Shown here: piece by piece, positions 51,475 through 64,000 of the stretch
Numbering within the stretch: the stretch's first letter is position 1
How the letters are laid out: each line of letters starts with the position of its first letter
DNA from: Octopus sinensis
Lineage: Eukaryota
DNA: 64,000 nt
Direction of reading: 5' to 3'
NCBI RefSeq assembly: GCF_006345805.1
Contig: NC_043009.1
Location: 3,534,001-3,598,000, forward strand
Notes under the pieces: model-generated
What the model was told of the DNA's origin: nothing
Seen by the model: only the letters and a program-made list of their open reading frames with translations
The model's database searches: none
Program-made: the position numbers and the translations under genes

Positions 51475-51606
51475 AAAACCATGCCTCACACTGATAGATC
51501 TGCAATAGAATGATTCACAGTGTTGAAGTGGATGGCCACATTTTGGCTTGGCATACGTAGCATTACGCTTCTGATGTTTTCGCGAAAACAATCCGCCAAG
51601 TCGTCG
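51475..51606 (-). pseudogene. Penelope-like GIY-YIG endonuclease C-terminal fragment
   Basis: [40 protein letters not shown] resembles the PLE motif L.DRFREH.RS...PVA.HFN..HS..DL.V. Confidence 0.65.
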
Positions 51607-51608
51607 CC

Positions 51609-51671
<63 letters not shown>

Positions 51672-51718
51672 TATACATACGTATGTATATATGTATATAT
51701 ATACATATATATATATAT

Positions 51719-51770
<52 letters not shown>

Positions 51771-51818
51771 TATACATATATATATATATGTTTGTGTGTG
51801 TATATGTATATATATATA

Positions 51819-51857
<39 letters not shown>

Positions 51858-51898
51858 GTGTGTGTGTGTGTGCGTCTATATATATGTTTGTATATATG

Positions 51899-52576
51899 TT
51901 TAAAGGCTCAGATGAAGTTGTTATCTGGTCAGGATGAAGGATTCAAGGATGCCAAAACAACTCTTTTATGGAGAGTTAGCTAAAGGAGAACGACCTCCAC
52001 ATAAACCAAACAAGAGGTATAAAGACTTTCTGAAGGCATCATTAAGAGATGCTTGCATCTCTCCTGACACATGGGAAGGCATAGCTATTGACCGTAGCAG
52101 GTGGAGACGGATTGTGCACGAGGGGACAGCCACTTTTGAGAAATCTCGAGTTGCACATGAGAAAGTAAGGAGGGATGTCAGGAAGGGCATCATTGTTACA
52201 CTTCCAGATGGGAAGGGTACTCCTTTGATGCTGACATGCAATGTCTGTGCAAGACCCTGCCTCAGTAAAGCTGGAGTCAAGAGACAGATGAGTGACAACC
52301 TGGCCACTGGTGGTGGTGTAACACACCACACTAATCTTATCTGTCGGGCATGTGGAAGAAAGTGTAATTCGGCAAGAGGACTTAAACGACATGCAAAGGT
52401 ACCTGAATCCCAGTTACAACTACAGCTGGCTATTATCGGTAAAGGTATTAGCTGCCAATTCTGTACAAGACATTGTAGATCTTTAGCTGGGCTAAAAAAT
52501 CACATTCGATCACAGCACCAGTAACAGTTAAGCTTCGTGCAATGGCCATACTCGATAACGAGGGGGCAGCCATAAT
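51899..52576 (+). mobile_element. 5'-truncated RTE-clade LINE 3' end; open 196-aa ORF2 tail with three C2H2-like fingers
   Basis: [15 protein letters not shown]...KRYKDFLK...DRSRWRRIVHEG, then CNVC..PCLSKAGV, CRAC..CNSARGLKRH and [19 protein letters not shown]. 3' UTR ...GAGGGGGCAGCCATAAT. Confidence 0.9.
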
Positions 52577-53500
52577 ATGTAGTATATATATGTATGTTTA
52601 TATATGTATACATGTATATATATACATATATATACATATATACATATATACATACATATATACATGTATATATATACATGCATATGCATACATATATACA
52701 TACATATACACACACACATATATATGTATATATATATATATATATATACATAAATGCATACACAGGCACGCGCACACAGACACATACACACACACGTACA
52801 CACAAACACACGCACACGCACATATTTATATATGCTAAACATTTTGTTCAGCTTGCTACCTTGTAGTAAACAAGAACACTATAAAACATCACTTTTTACT
52901 GTTTTAGTATGGCACCCTATAGCTTCAAAATGGAATTCTATGAAGTAGATTTCCATTGAAAGTTTTCACTGGAATTCATTGCAGAATTTTTATTATTAAT
53001 AACTATTTTCTTCCTCAGACTTACCAATTCTCTGTATAATTTCGAAATTAAAAAATTAGGTTTCCATCAAAATATAATTCTGCTTGTAGAGAATCACTTC
53101 ACACCCTATGACTGACAAAGATAATTATAATTCTTATCACTCAAAGTGCATGTTTACATATCTTAGATGATTCCTCGTGATAAGAATTTAAGTTTGTAGG
53201 TTAATTACAATTCCATATTTATTCATCAGCATAAAAATTACATCGTGTAAAACTGTCCAATCAACATTTACGATGATAAAGCTTACGGATAAAGTCTTCT
53301 GAAATGTAAATTATATCTTTACTAAAACACTTTTAAATTTACAATTATTATTATATATTTACATGAGAAGCACGATTCATAATTTAAACGCATTGGACTT
53401 CTAAAGAAATGATTTTATCTGTTGAACTCATTTCACGTTTTGTTTGTCCAGTAAATCCGATAGCATCGCATATAATGGCCCTCTGAGCTGCTTAGGTACA

Positions 53501-53540
<40 letters not shown>

Positions 53541-54000
53541 TTTCTCTCTCTATCTCCCCTCTCTCTCTCAACCTCCCTCTCAATCTCTCGTTATCTATCT
53601 CTATATCTATCTATCTATCTTTCGATCTATCGATCTATATATATATATATAGTATATATGTCTGTGTGTGTGCATATATGTATAGGCATGCCCTTTCCGG
53701 CCATGCCCCACTACAAACAATCTGTCTTCTGTCAAAGCTCCCCAACAACCCGTCTTCTCAACACACCTCCCCTGCCTATGATCAAGATCTCGCTGCAGGC
53801 CCCTCCCACGATCCGTGTCCTCTCATATCAACACAAGCCCCACCACCACCACCACATTCATTTTTCCCAACCTTCACTTGTAGCAGTTACCTTCTCCCTA
53901 TGTCTAGACATCTCTCCTCACATTCTTATGATACATCCTCTTTTATACCCTCTAAGCCATTTATATTTCAATGTACTTTGTATGTCCTGTTGATTTCCAG

Positions 54001-54046
<46 letters not shown>

Positions 54047-54540
54047 CACTCTTTCTCTCTAGTTCCTTCTCTGTCTGTCTGTCTCTCTCTCTCTCTCAGT
54101 CACTCACTTTGCTTCCGTATCTTTCTCTTTAATTCTTCTTCTCCATCCTTCCCTCTCTTTTCCTACTGGGCTAATGAAGTATCCCCACTATATCAAAAGG
54201 CTATCCCTAGCCCTCTATCATACATTAACCCCTCATCCAGCACAAAGCCAAATCCATCAGTACGAATCCCTCTCCCAGCCGAGGTGGGGGTCATTGTGTT
54301 CCAAATTCTTTGGTGACCCTAACGGTGCGAGAGCTACGTAAACACGACAGTGGGGGCACCATTTACGCACCATCTAGTACACTATGTAAACTGTTGACGT
54401 TAGGAAGGGGTCTTCGAGCCGTCAAACCTATACTAAAGAAAACACCGGCGCCCGGTGTGGTTCCCTAGCTCACCATCATTTGTCAAACCGTCCAAAACAT
54501 GCCAGCGTGCAAGACGGACAATAAATGACAATGATGATAC

Positions 54541-54586
<46 letters not shown>

Positions 54587-54693
54587 CTGTGCGTTTGTTA
54601 GATTATGTGTGTGTGTATGTGTGTGTGTTTGCAACTATTCCATTGACTCCGTTTCCTTATTTATCTCTCTTTCTTTCTCTTTCTTGTTAAACA

Positions 54694-54888
54694 TATCGCC
54701 CTGCGTGCTAACGTTTCTTATTTCTTTATTGCCCACACGGGGTTCAACATGGAGGGGACAAACAAGGACAGACAAACGGATTAAGTAGATTACATCGACC
54801 CCAGTGCGTAACTGGTACTTAATTTGTCGACCCCGACGGAATTGGAACTCAGACGAAAAACTGCTAAGGATTTCGCTCGGCGTGCTAA
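54694..54888 (-). mobile_element. SINE family B with internal deletions, preceded by a short remnant of a second head
   Basis: GAGGGGACAAACAAGGACAGAC...ACTGGTACTTAATTT. CGTGCTAA occurs at both ends. Confidence 0.8.
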
Positions 54889-55270
54889 ACTTCAAGATTT
54901 ATTTCTGAAAGTATGCACAGATGTGTGCATACTTACAGAAACTGGTATACCAGGCTTCAGTATTTCGTGTCAGAAATACGATGAATTCATCGGTTGCTGT
55001 AATTATATTACCAGAAGTGCCATTATTCACAAATTCGATATGTAATTGACGATGCTAAGTGGACTGGACTTAAGATATTTCAACAAATAGGGTGATCATT
55101 ACCTCATTGATACAGAAACTTGAAGTCTTGTGAGTCTTCCTACCTGTGTCATTGAATAATAATGACAGTACTGAGGTATACTCCTATTTTCGTCACACTC
55201 GGTTTTCTTATGCATACATAAACACACACACACACACACGCACACATCATACACATATATACATACAATA

Positions 55271-55316
<46 letters not shown>

Positions 55317-55317
<1 letters not shown>

Positions 55318-55884
55318 GAGGGTGAGTCAAAAGGTAATGCCATTTTGTTTAGAACAGGTATAATTACCAACACAGAAACATGTATCATACATCAAAATGA
55401 AGCTGGTCCTCTGTGGATCACATCCCTACTCCTCAACATAGTCACCGTTTCTCTCAATAGCAATGTTCCACCTTCGACTGAGATCATGTATCCCTGCCCC
55501 GTAAAATTATGTTGACTGTTCTTTGACCCACTTCTTCACAACAGGTTTCACTTCTTCGCCACTGGAATAATGTTTGCGACTGAAACCCTCTTTCATGGGG
55601 CCGAAGAGATGACGGTCTGAAGGCGCTAAATCATTCCAGTGATGTGGAAGTGAAAACTGTAGTGAATAAGTGGCTCAAAGGACAGTCAAAAGAATTTTAC
55701 GGGGCAGAGATACATGCTCTCATATGAAGGTGGAACATTCCTATTGAGAGAAACGGTAACTATGTTGAGAAGTAGAAATGTGATCCATAGAGGACCAGCT
55801 TCATTTTGATGTATGATACATGTTCCTGTGTTGGAAATTATACCTGTCCTAAACAAACTGGCGTTACTTTTTGACTCACCCTCG
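55317..55884. mobile_element. Mariner (DD34D) foldback element made of two inverted 3' ends
   Basis: TA|CGAGGGTGAGTCAAAA...TTTTGACTCACCCTCG|TA. The left arm on minus reads DLAPSDRHLFGPMKEG...RWNIAIERNGDYVEE*. The right arm on plus reads SSDVEVKTVVNKWLKGQSKEFY...RWNIPIERNGNYVEK*. Confidence 0.92.
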
Positions 55885-56138
55885 TATACATATACGTCTT
55901 TGCATATTTTTATGTGTGCATATATATAATCACAGACACAAACATACTCACTGACACACACACAGGAACGCGCACTCATGCACGGACACTCATTCACACA
56001 CGCATAGTAACACTCACGCATGTATGGATTCTCACGTTTACTTATCACCTTTTCCATCGAGGACTTATATGCCCCAATATTACACCATTTCCTATCATCA
56101 ATATAGAGTGAAAGCTTATAAGCTTAAGTTTATAATTA

Positions 56139-56508
56139 TACTAGCAGTATCGCCCGGCGTTGCTCAGGTTTGTAAGGGAAATAACTATAAAGCATTTTTA
56201 GAGAGTTATAGCCAAAAAATAGCAAAAAATGGAAAAAAATGATGGTAAATTTTTTTGAGAGTTAAAAAAGGTTGAGTTGCGTCCCCTAGACAGTCTGTGG
56301 TTTGTGTTTCTGATTCTCGACCCCATGTCGAATTTATCGATTTTTTTCAGAACTGGGGGAACTTTTCAAAATTTTCGGTGCGTTAGTTTTGAATTCTGAC
56401 ATTGGGCTATGTGTGTGTCAAGTTTCATCAGAATCGGTTGAAAGCCGTGCTCAGGATGAGGGTACAACCAAACAGACACACAGAAACACACACAGACAAA
56501 CTGCCGTT

Positions 56509-56520
<12 letters not shown>
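56139..56520 (+). mobile_element. Non-autonomous Helentron/DINE-1-like rolling-circle element
   Basis: 5' TACTAG...CGCCCGGCGTTGCTC, internal AAGTTTCATCAGAATCGG, 3' CAGACA microsatellite then CTGCCGTTTATATATA. Confidence 0.7.
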
Positions 56521-56570
<50 letters not shown>

Positions 56571-56640
56571 TATGAATACAGAAGTTATAGGAAAATATTA
56601 GATTTAAATGTTCTCAAATTCACTTCAAAATTTCCCACGG

Positions 56641-56861
56641 ACATATTGCGTAGTGGTTAAGAGCGCGGGCTAATAACCCTAAGTTTCCTAGTTCGATTCC
56701 AAGCAGTGGTCTGAAAATTAATAGCAATAATAATAATAAATAACTTCGAAAAATACGTTAGGAATGAGGAGTTTCGAAATTTCCCCAAGACACATGATGA
56801 AAGATGGAAGGTATATCAACCGAAACGTTGTGTTAACAACAAACGAGATGACAAAAGTACG

Positions 56862-56863
<2 letters not shown>
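56641..56863 (+). mobile_element. tRNA-headed element with mutated hammerhead motif (second copy)
   Basis: A box GCGTAGTGGTTAAG (56648), B box GTTCGATTCC (56691-56700), (TAA)n linker, then GACAC-ATGATGA-AAGATG...CAACC-GAAAC-GTT-GTGTT. Confidence 0.8.
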
Positions 56864-56897
<34 letters not shown>

Positions 56898-57225
56898 TGA
56901 GTGAGAGAGGGCAACCGCATAAATTCTGCTGTATCCAACTCCTTCAAAAGGTTTTCATTAATCCATGGTTATATTAGTACACAACTACAAAAGATTAGAA
57001 GCTGTGGAGTCGAAGTCTAAATTACCTTTTTGTGTACCGTATTTCTTTCCCATGCAAGCATGGTTAACATATTTTTCCTCTAAACATATCACAGAGCCCA
57101 ACCTTTTGACAAAAAATTTATGTATATTTTATGTCCCCATTCCGGTTTCCCCTTAGTTTTTATGTGTATGTTTGAAAATTTTTCATTCACTCTATTTCCT
57201 TATTTATCCGTGTCTCTCTCTCTAC

Positions 57226-57285
<60 letters not shown>

Positions 57286-57607
57286 TATTTGATCTCTTAT
57301 TTATATTTGGTTTCTTTTTCGGTGACTTATTTTCCTTATTATCTACTTAGTATGTTTTGTGTTTTGTCCATATTTTTTTTTTTTTACTATGGATTTCAAA
57401 GTTCAGAAATGTTACGTTTTTGATATTATCAAAAAGGAACACTCATAAACATTAAGGAACTTTAGACACAAAATATCGTACAAGAAATAGTTGTTGAACT
57501 ACTAATACTACTCCTACTATCACCATCACAACTACCACCAGGATGAACACTGCTACTACTAATACTGTACTTATTAGTGATAACAATAATAATAATAATA
57601 ATGATAA

Positions 57608-57775
57608 ATATTTCAATTTTTGCCACAAGGACAGTTTGGGGAAGGGGATTAAGTCGATTACATCAACCGCAGTTTCACTGGTACATAATTTACCGACCCC
57701 GAAAGGATGATATGCAAAGTCGACCACGGCGGAATTTGAACTCAGAACATGGTGATAGGTGAAATACTGCTAAGC
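57608..57775 (-). mobile_element. SINE family B fused directly to a family E element
   Basis: GGATTAAGTCGATTACATC...GGAATTTGAACTCAGAAC...CTAAGCA|GTACCAG. Confidence 0.8.
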
Positions 57776-58319
57776 AGTACCAGACAGTGACTCTCATGGC
57801 TTCTGATCTTAACTGATTGGAAGTGTTATCATGTACATTGTTTTGACTTGCTTTAAAAGATGAGCTACAGCAAATATTCTGCTCAATACCACAGATTTGC
57901 TTGTCACTTGTTTGACCTTAACCAGTTGAGCATGTCCCTTAGTGGCTGACGACATGTGCATCTCTGATCATGAGCAGAAGTAGTGGGGGAGCATCATAGC
58001 CATGTGTTCAAGGGAATTCTTAGAGGTTTAGATAATTCACCTTTGGAAACAGGGGTGTTTCGTTCAACATCCTTAAACAATCCTTATTCAGGGACCTTTT
58101 GAGCGGGATGGGCTACTCGACCAGAAGAAAATTCTAACTGGGCCCCACCTGCAAGGTCATGCGCTCTTTATCTTGACGTGAGATCACCATGTCGCACACA
58201 TATGGTTGTGATGCATGTGCTTGGTATAGCCTTATCAGACAGGTAGTCATGATGGGTATACTGGGCTTCGTATATTTTAGCCCAGTGTCACTTTAATGAC
58301 ATGCACTGCTCTCTCATTC
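57774..58319 (+). mobile_element. Family E element, near full length
   Basis: Collinear with 30001-30459 and with the reverse complement of 60447-60998. Ends in (TAA)n. Confidence 0.9.
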
Positions 58320-59125
58320 AATAATAATAATAATGATAATAATGAGTGTTATACGTAAGTTTTATTTTTGTTTAATATACACGGATGTTTCACGAAATGA
58401 TTGGCGACTGTAAAGAACGACACAAGGTGTATGTAGATAAAATGGCATTGGAAAAGAAATGCGGATAACAAAGAAAGAATATAAAATATTTCTTCTTTGG
58501 CTTCGATTCATTAATAAAATTAATTAATCGAAGATTTCATTTCAATACGTTGTATATGTACACAATTTTAACTTTGTGCACTGTCATAATTTAAACTATA
58601 CGCAAAACATATCATACTAATATATATATATGTGTGTGTGCGTGTATGTATGGGGTGTATTTGTGCGCATATGTGTGACTGGGTCTCTCTGTGTGTGCGC
58701 ACGTATTTGTTTATGTATGTGCGTATGTGATAGGGACATAGAATGAGCATATGTATGTATTATATATATATATATGCTTTATGAATCTATACGTACCGAA
58801 AACGCTCATGGTTCTACGTTTATAAACGTTCTTCTTTTATGATCTTCACTACGAATGTGCTTCTACACTTGTGGCCTGAGGTTAACACCACATGGAATGG
58901 ATGGATAAATTTACAATCTAATAAGACACACTGACGCTATACCGCGGTTCAACAAAAGAGTTTTAATACATAACGTTTATTGTACGTCTATTTGTTTCAT
59001 AGCATTCGCCATCTTATGGGCCTCCACAGACATAAAATATTAGGTTACAAAGAACCCTAGCCTCACATCTTTTCCTGTTTATATTTTATTGTATGCTTAC
59101 TTCCTGCCTATTTTGATTTTTTGCG

Positions 59126-59221
<96 letters not shown>

Positions 59222-59268
59222 TACAAATAGTAAAAAATGTGTACATATATTTACACATACACACACGT

Positions 59269-59310
<42 letters not shown>

Positions 59311-59809
59311 ATGTGTATATATATTTATGTACATACACTCACGAATACATATATACATATGTGTATGTGTCTGTGTGTTTGTGCGTCCGTTTGTGCGTGC
59401 GTGCGAGCGGAGATGTATGTACAGAGTTTGTACTATTTGGCCGCATAATGTTATCAGAGATAATACTCAAAAGACATCATAAAACTTAGGTTTGTATAAT
59501 TTCTTAAGAATATTATTTATAGGTGGCAGGACTGATATGTGTTCCTTTCTGTTTTATTTTGTTGCATTTTTTTTTTATTTTGTAATTTCATATATCTACG
59601 CATATGTGTGTATTATTATCTAAATATCTAAATATTTTAGAAGCTAAATACAAACGGCCAACGACAAATGCGTCATCACTAAGAACCACTACAACCACGA
59701 AGACGTCGACAGCAATAACAACATCTCAAACATCCTGTTGGCAAACGTTTTTATTTTCGATTTTATTTCATTTGATATTATTTTTAATTGTTTTTTATCT
59801 TCTTTATTA

Positions 59810-60089
<280 letters not shown>

Positions 60090-60093
<4 letters not shown>

Positions 60094-60157
60094 TCAGGTC
60101 ACTGCTGGGAATCGAATTCGGAATCTTGGCGTAGTGGTTAAGAGCGCCTGTTACAAA

Positions 60158-60228
<71 letters not shown>

Positions 60229-60424
60229 TAATAATAATAATAAAATCGAATTATACCTTAGGAATTAGAACCTTGGTTCGAAATTTCCCAAAGACACCTG
60301 ATGAAGGCTGGAGGGTATATCAACCGAAACGTTGTGTTAGCAACAAACAAGATGAGGACAAATACCCGTCAAATGTAAATAATGTAAATAACGTACATAA
60401 TTCCTCATCTTTTAAACATAGAAC
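60090..60424 (+). mobile_element. tRNA-headed, (TAA)n-linked, hammerhead-bearing element with an inverted partial head
   Basis: 60090-60135 is the reverse complement of the B-box half of the head. It is followed by forward TGGCGTAGTGGTTAAGAGCGC, (TAA)n, the hammerhead at 60293-60338, and a tail shared with 56833-56860 and 39127-39265. Confidence 0.8.
60293..60338 (+). ncRNA. Minimal type-I hammerhead ribozyme motif (predicted dimer-active, GUU site)
   Basis: Stem I GACAC/GTGTT; core CTGATGA plus one extra A; stem II GGCTG/CAACC (one mismatch); GAAA; palindromic AACGTT stem III. Activity is not tested. Confidence 0.7.
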
Positions 60425-60446
60425 CAAAGTTATTATTATCATTATT

Positions 60447-60998
60447 GAGTGAGAGAGCAGTGCATGCCATGAAAATGACACTGGGGTACAAATATATGAA
60501 GCCTAGTATACCCATCATCCCATCTGATAAGAGTACAGCATGCGCATGCATTACAACCATAAGTGCGCGACATGGTGATCTCATGTCAAGATAAAAAGAG
60601 CATGACCTTGCAGGTGGAGCCCAGTTAGAATTTTCTTCTGGTCGAGTAACCCATCCTTCTCAAAACGTCCCAGAATAAGGCTTGTTTAAGGACGTTGAGG
60701 AACCACCCCTGTTTCCAAAGGTGAATTATCCAAACCTCTAAGAATCCCTCTCGACACATGGCTATGATGCTCCCCCACTACTTCTGCTCGTGGTCAGAGA
60801 TGCACATATTCTCAGCCACTAAGGGTCATGCTCAACTGGTTAAGGTCAAACAACTGACAAGCAAATCTGTGGTATTGAGCAGAATATTTACTGTAGTCCA
60901 TCTTTTTATACCAAGACAAAACAACGTACATGATAACACTTGCAATCAGTTAAGAACAGAAGCCACGAGAACCACTGCCTGGTACTGCATCAGGGCAT
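60447..60998 (-). mobile_element. Family E element, full length, (TTA)n on both sides
   Basis: Reverse complement of 57774-58319 plus the extra 5' end ATGCCCTGATGCAGTACC. Confidence 0.9.
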
Positions 60999-61028
60999 TT
61001 ATTATTATCATTATTATTGTCAATACTT

Positions 61029-61089
<61 letters not shown>

Positions 61090-61090
61090 C
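61029..61090. repeat. (TAG)n microsatellite
   Basis: Direct reading. Confidence 0.97.
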
Positions 61091-61940
61091 GGCAGTAGCA
61101 GCTGTTGTTATGGTGTTATTATGTGATTTTTATTCTTCAGAGAAAATGATTTTGAATGCTTTTATGGAAGTGGTAGTACTGATATGTTATTATTTTTGAG
61201 AAAGAATAATCCACGCCTTCACTTGCTCAATGCCCTGTGATATACCAAGAAGCAAGGAACTCCAATCATTTGAAATAAAAAAAAATATACTGTATCTTCC
61301 CCATATCATTTCTCTTTATCTTTGTTCACAAATACTTCAAAACCACACACACACGCTCGCACACATATGTATATATGTGTGTATGTATGTATGTATGTAT
61401 ATATATATATACATATATATGTATGTATGTATGTATATATGTATGTATGTATGTATGTATATATGTATACGGGTGTATATGTGGGTTTGCACTGCATCAC
61501 TCACAATAAAACAATATGAAGCGCATTTCAGTGCAAATGTAATCTATCAAAATCTTCTGAAGATGGCATAATGTTTCAGAAATTATGTTTCATTTTCTCT
61601 ATATCCCCATTCTTATTTGATGATCGTAGTTTATTATTTAACCCACCATCATTAAGTAGGGTTACTTTTTTCTTCTTCTAAATAAAAAAAATGACTGCGG
61701 TATTGTGGACAATAGAGTCCATATGGAGATAATCCGTTTTATGGATATTTCTGCGAAATCATTTCCACTTACCTGAAGTAACACTTTGAAATACATAGAT
61801 TCTGAAGCGCTCACAAAGATTATTTTAATCGTACATTTAGATATAGTTCTTCATTAGGATAATCTAATGATATATATACATATGTGTGTATGTGTGAATA
61901 TGTTTGTATGTGTTTGTATGTATATGCGAGTGTATGGGTG

Positions 61941-62375
61941 TCCAAGAATTTAATTTATGTGATAGCATGTTTAGGAGGTGGACACAGCTATATAGGCCAA
62001 ACAAAGATGCCCCTGAGACGGAGACTACACTTCAGAAGGAACAGATTTGCTTCCCATTGTATTGATGATAACCTTAAGCGAACACATTCAGTGAATTGCA
62101 GGGAATCTCCTACCAAACCTTACTGTGTTTCCCATCTACCAGTAAAAGGAAACAATCTCTATATAACAACGAGAATATTTTTATTGAAAAGTATAAACCA
62201 AGCTTGCATATGAACCCTTAACAAATTTTGGCTTTTGTAAATGTTTTATAACCAACTGTGTACTTACTAAAGTTTATAACTTACTGCATGTATAAATTTC
62301 ATCTGTATTCACAAACTTAGCTCCTGGTCCTGATCAGACCTGTGTCGATTTTGTAATGAAACAAAGTAAATCTTT
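61941..62375 (+). mobile_element. Penelope-like element 3' fragment: degenerate GIY-YIG endonuclease (61941-62215) plus probable 3' UTR
   Basis: SKNLIYVIACLGGGHSYIGQTKMPLRRRL has the GIY-YIG signature. With frameshifts it continues as LSEHIQ...TVFPIYQ...ENIFIEKYKPSL, like PLE C-termini. Confidence 0.8.
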
Positions 62376-63395
62376 ATTAAGCATTTTATACATTTAAAAG
62401 TTGTCTAACACATCTAAAAATTAAATGCTTTGACCACTTATCCAATGGCGTGCTGCAGACTCAATAAGACAGAATAAACTTTTAGTTTTTGTGATACATG
62501 AATTTTTGATGATCCCTCCTCTTTGCTTCAACAGTGTTCACTATAGTATTTTGTGTTTTGGTTGTGAATCAACGAGGAAGCGCAGTTGAAGGGTACGAAA
62601 ATAGAAAGATATAAAACAAATCAGTAGAGTATACTCTCTCTGTGAACAAATGATGGGCCTTCTATGAATTCATTTGAAGAAATAACAACCAGATGTATTT
62701 TAAGTAAAAATAACATTCGACCATCTTAAACGTACGAATAACACATTGGAAAGTGAAGTTAGGACCAAATATAGAAAATATTTTGTGCAGAATAATTCAG
62801 TGAAATTGAACATTCTGTGTTCTATAATAGCTTGGAACAAACTATAATAGAACTTGCAAACAAATTATCCAAATACATTGGAACCAGACTTATAAAGACT
62901 CTTGTTGGCAAGTATTAGTTAAAAAGAAATTTTTCATCGTAAATCTTACAGCCATTAAACATGCATACATGAAATCAGGAATATACAAAAATACTCGTAA
63001 TTGTATACATATAGAAATCTTACCCAAAAAATTGAAAAATAAAATATCTAGTTAATAGAAAAATATTCCTTAACAGTCCGTGTTTTATAACTGGATAACA
63101 AAAGCACTACAGGCGGGTACGTACATAGGACTAATCAATAGATTAAAACACAGATTATATGTATATTTAACTTACACTTATCGATTAAAAACTCAGCATG
63201 GTTTAGAAATAAAATATATACTAAAAAATACAATAAATGTTTTTCCAAAACAAAAATATTTTATAAACTTTTTATTAATTATAAACAACAAAGTTTCTAA
63301 TTAAACTACCAGACTTCCTCAACAATAATAAATAAATTATAGAGCTTGCAATTTTGTATTTTGTGTGTTTTCTTTAATTTCCAAGATTACGTATT

Positions 63396-63436
<41 letters not shown>

Positions 63437-64000
63437 CTTCGTATTTTTAATGTTACTACAGTGTATAGTAATTAGTTTTTTCTATAATTTATATTATATA
63501 TGTGTGTACATACGTGTATATATAGCACACGCACACACGTACATACGACCAAATGCCTGTGTGTATATATATGTGTGTGTGTGTGTAAATATTTATACAT
63601 ACACATATATATTTATACATACATATATATGTATATATATATTTACATATATATATATAAATATACATACATATACATATATAATATATATAACAGTATA
63701 TGTATGTATGTATATATAACTGCACATATGTGTGTATATACATATATAGATATATATGAATAGAAATCTTTGCATTGAAATATAAGCCGTTGGCAAAAGT
63801 GAATTTTAAAATTTAATTCCAAGGCCTACCACGATTCTATAATGAATTTCGCTAAGTTTGAGTAATAATAAATCATTTTAGATGGAAGAAAACATGAGCA
63901 GTTTTTTTTTTTTACTTTGCGTTTTTACATAAAATCCAACTACTTTTCTTTTCAAAATTACTATGTCCATGGCACAGCAATTTCTTGTAAACCAGAAATA

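Noticed and set aside
53444-54316. 290-aa ORF
   Set aside because: Built largely from (CT)n and C-rich low-complexity sequence, with a non-ATG start and no domain.
57795-57830. Faint resemblance of the family E 5' region (reverse strand ATCAGTTAAGATCAGA) to U2 snRNA
   Set aside because: The match is about 17 nt with mismatches and no other U2 features, so it is probably chance.
62500-63310. Possible further Penelope RT remnant
   Set aside because: AT-rich with many stops, and no YxDD or other RT motif is readable.

Overview
AT-rich eukaryotic DNA, extremely dense in microsatellites, with no host protein-coding gene that I can support. The repeat content (recurring tRNA-headed SINE families, (TAA)n-associated R4/Dong LINE ends, RTE LINEs, Penelope-like relics, Tc1/mariner and Helentron derivatives) looks like octopus or other coleoid cephalopod intronic or intergenic DNA; this is inferred from recognising the repeats, not from a search. 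Most ORFs in the track are translations of (TA)n, (CA)n, (GATA)n, (GAA)n or (TAA)n repeats. The real coding remnants are all transposon-derived: RTE ORF2 at 35843-37261, 51899-52576, 18581-19227 and 25231-25490; R4/Dong ends at 30536-30874 and 30957-31719; Penelope GIY-YIG at 61941-62215 and 51475-51606; and DDD/E transposases at 13382-14160, 55317-55884 and about 10340-10720. The most interesting signals are: (1) a non-coding element that joins a tRNA-like Pol III head, a (TAA)n linker and a minimal type-I hammerhead ribozyme motif (near-intact at 60293-60338, mutated at 56789-56833), with inverted end junctions and several more decayed hammerheads in the window; (2) an RTE lineage with three C-terminal C2H2-like fingers and a short non-autonomous element sharing its 3' tail; (3) two near-perfect inverted duplications templated across (TA)n tracts; (4) a (TAA)n landing pad of stacked insertions; (5) a mariner foldback made of two 3' ends.
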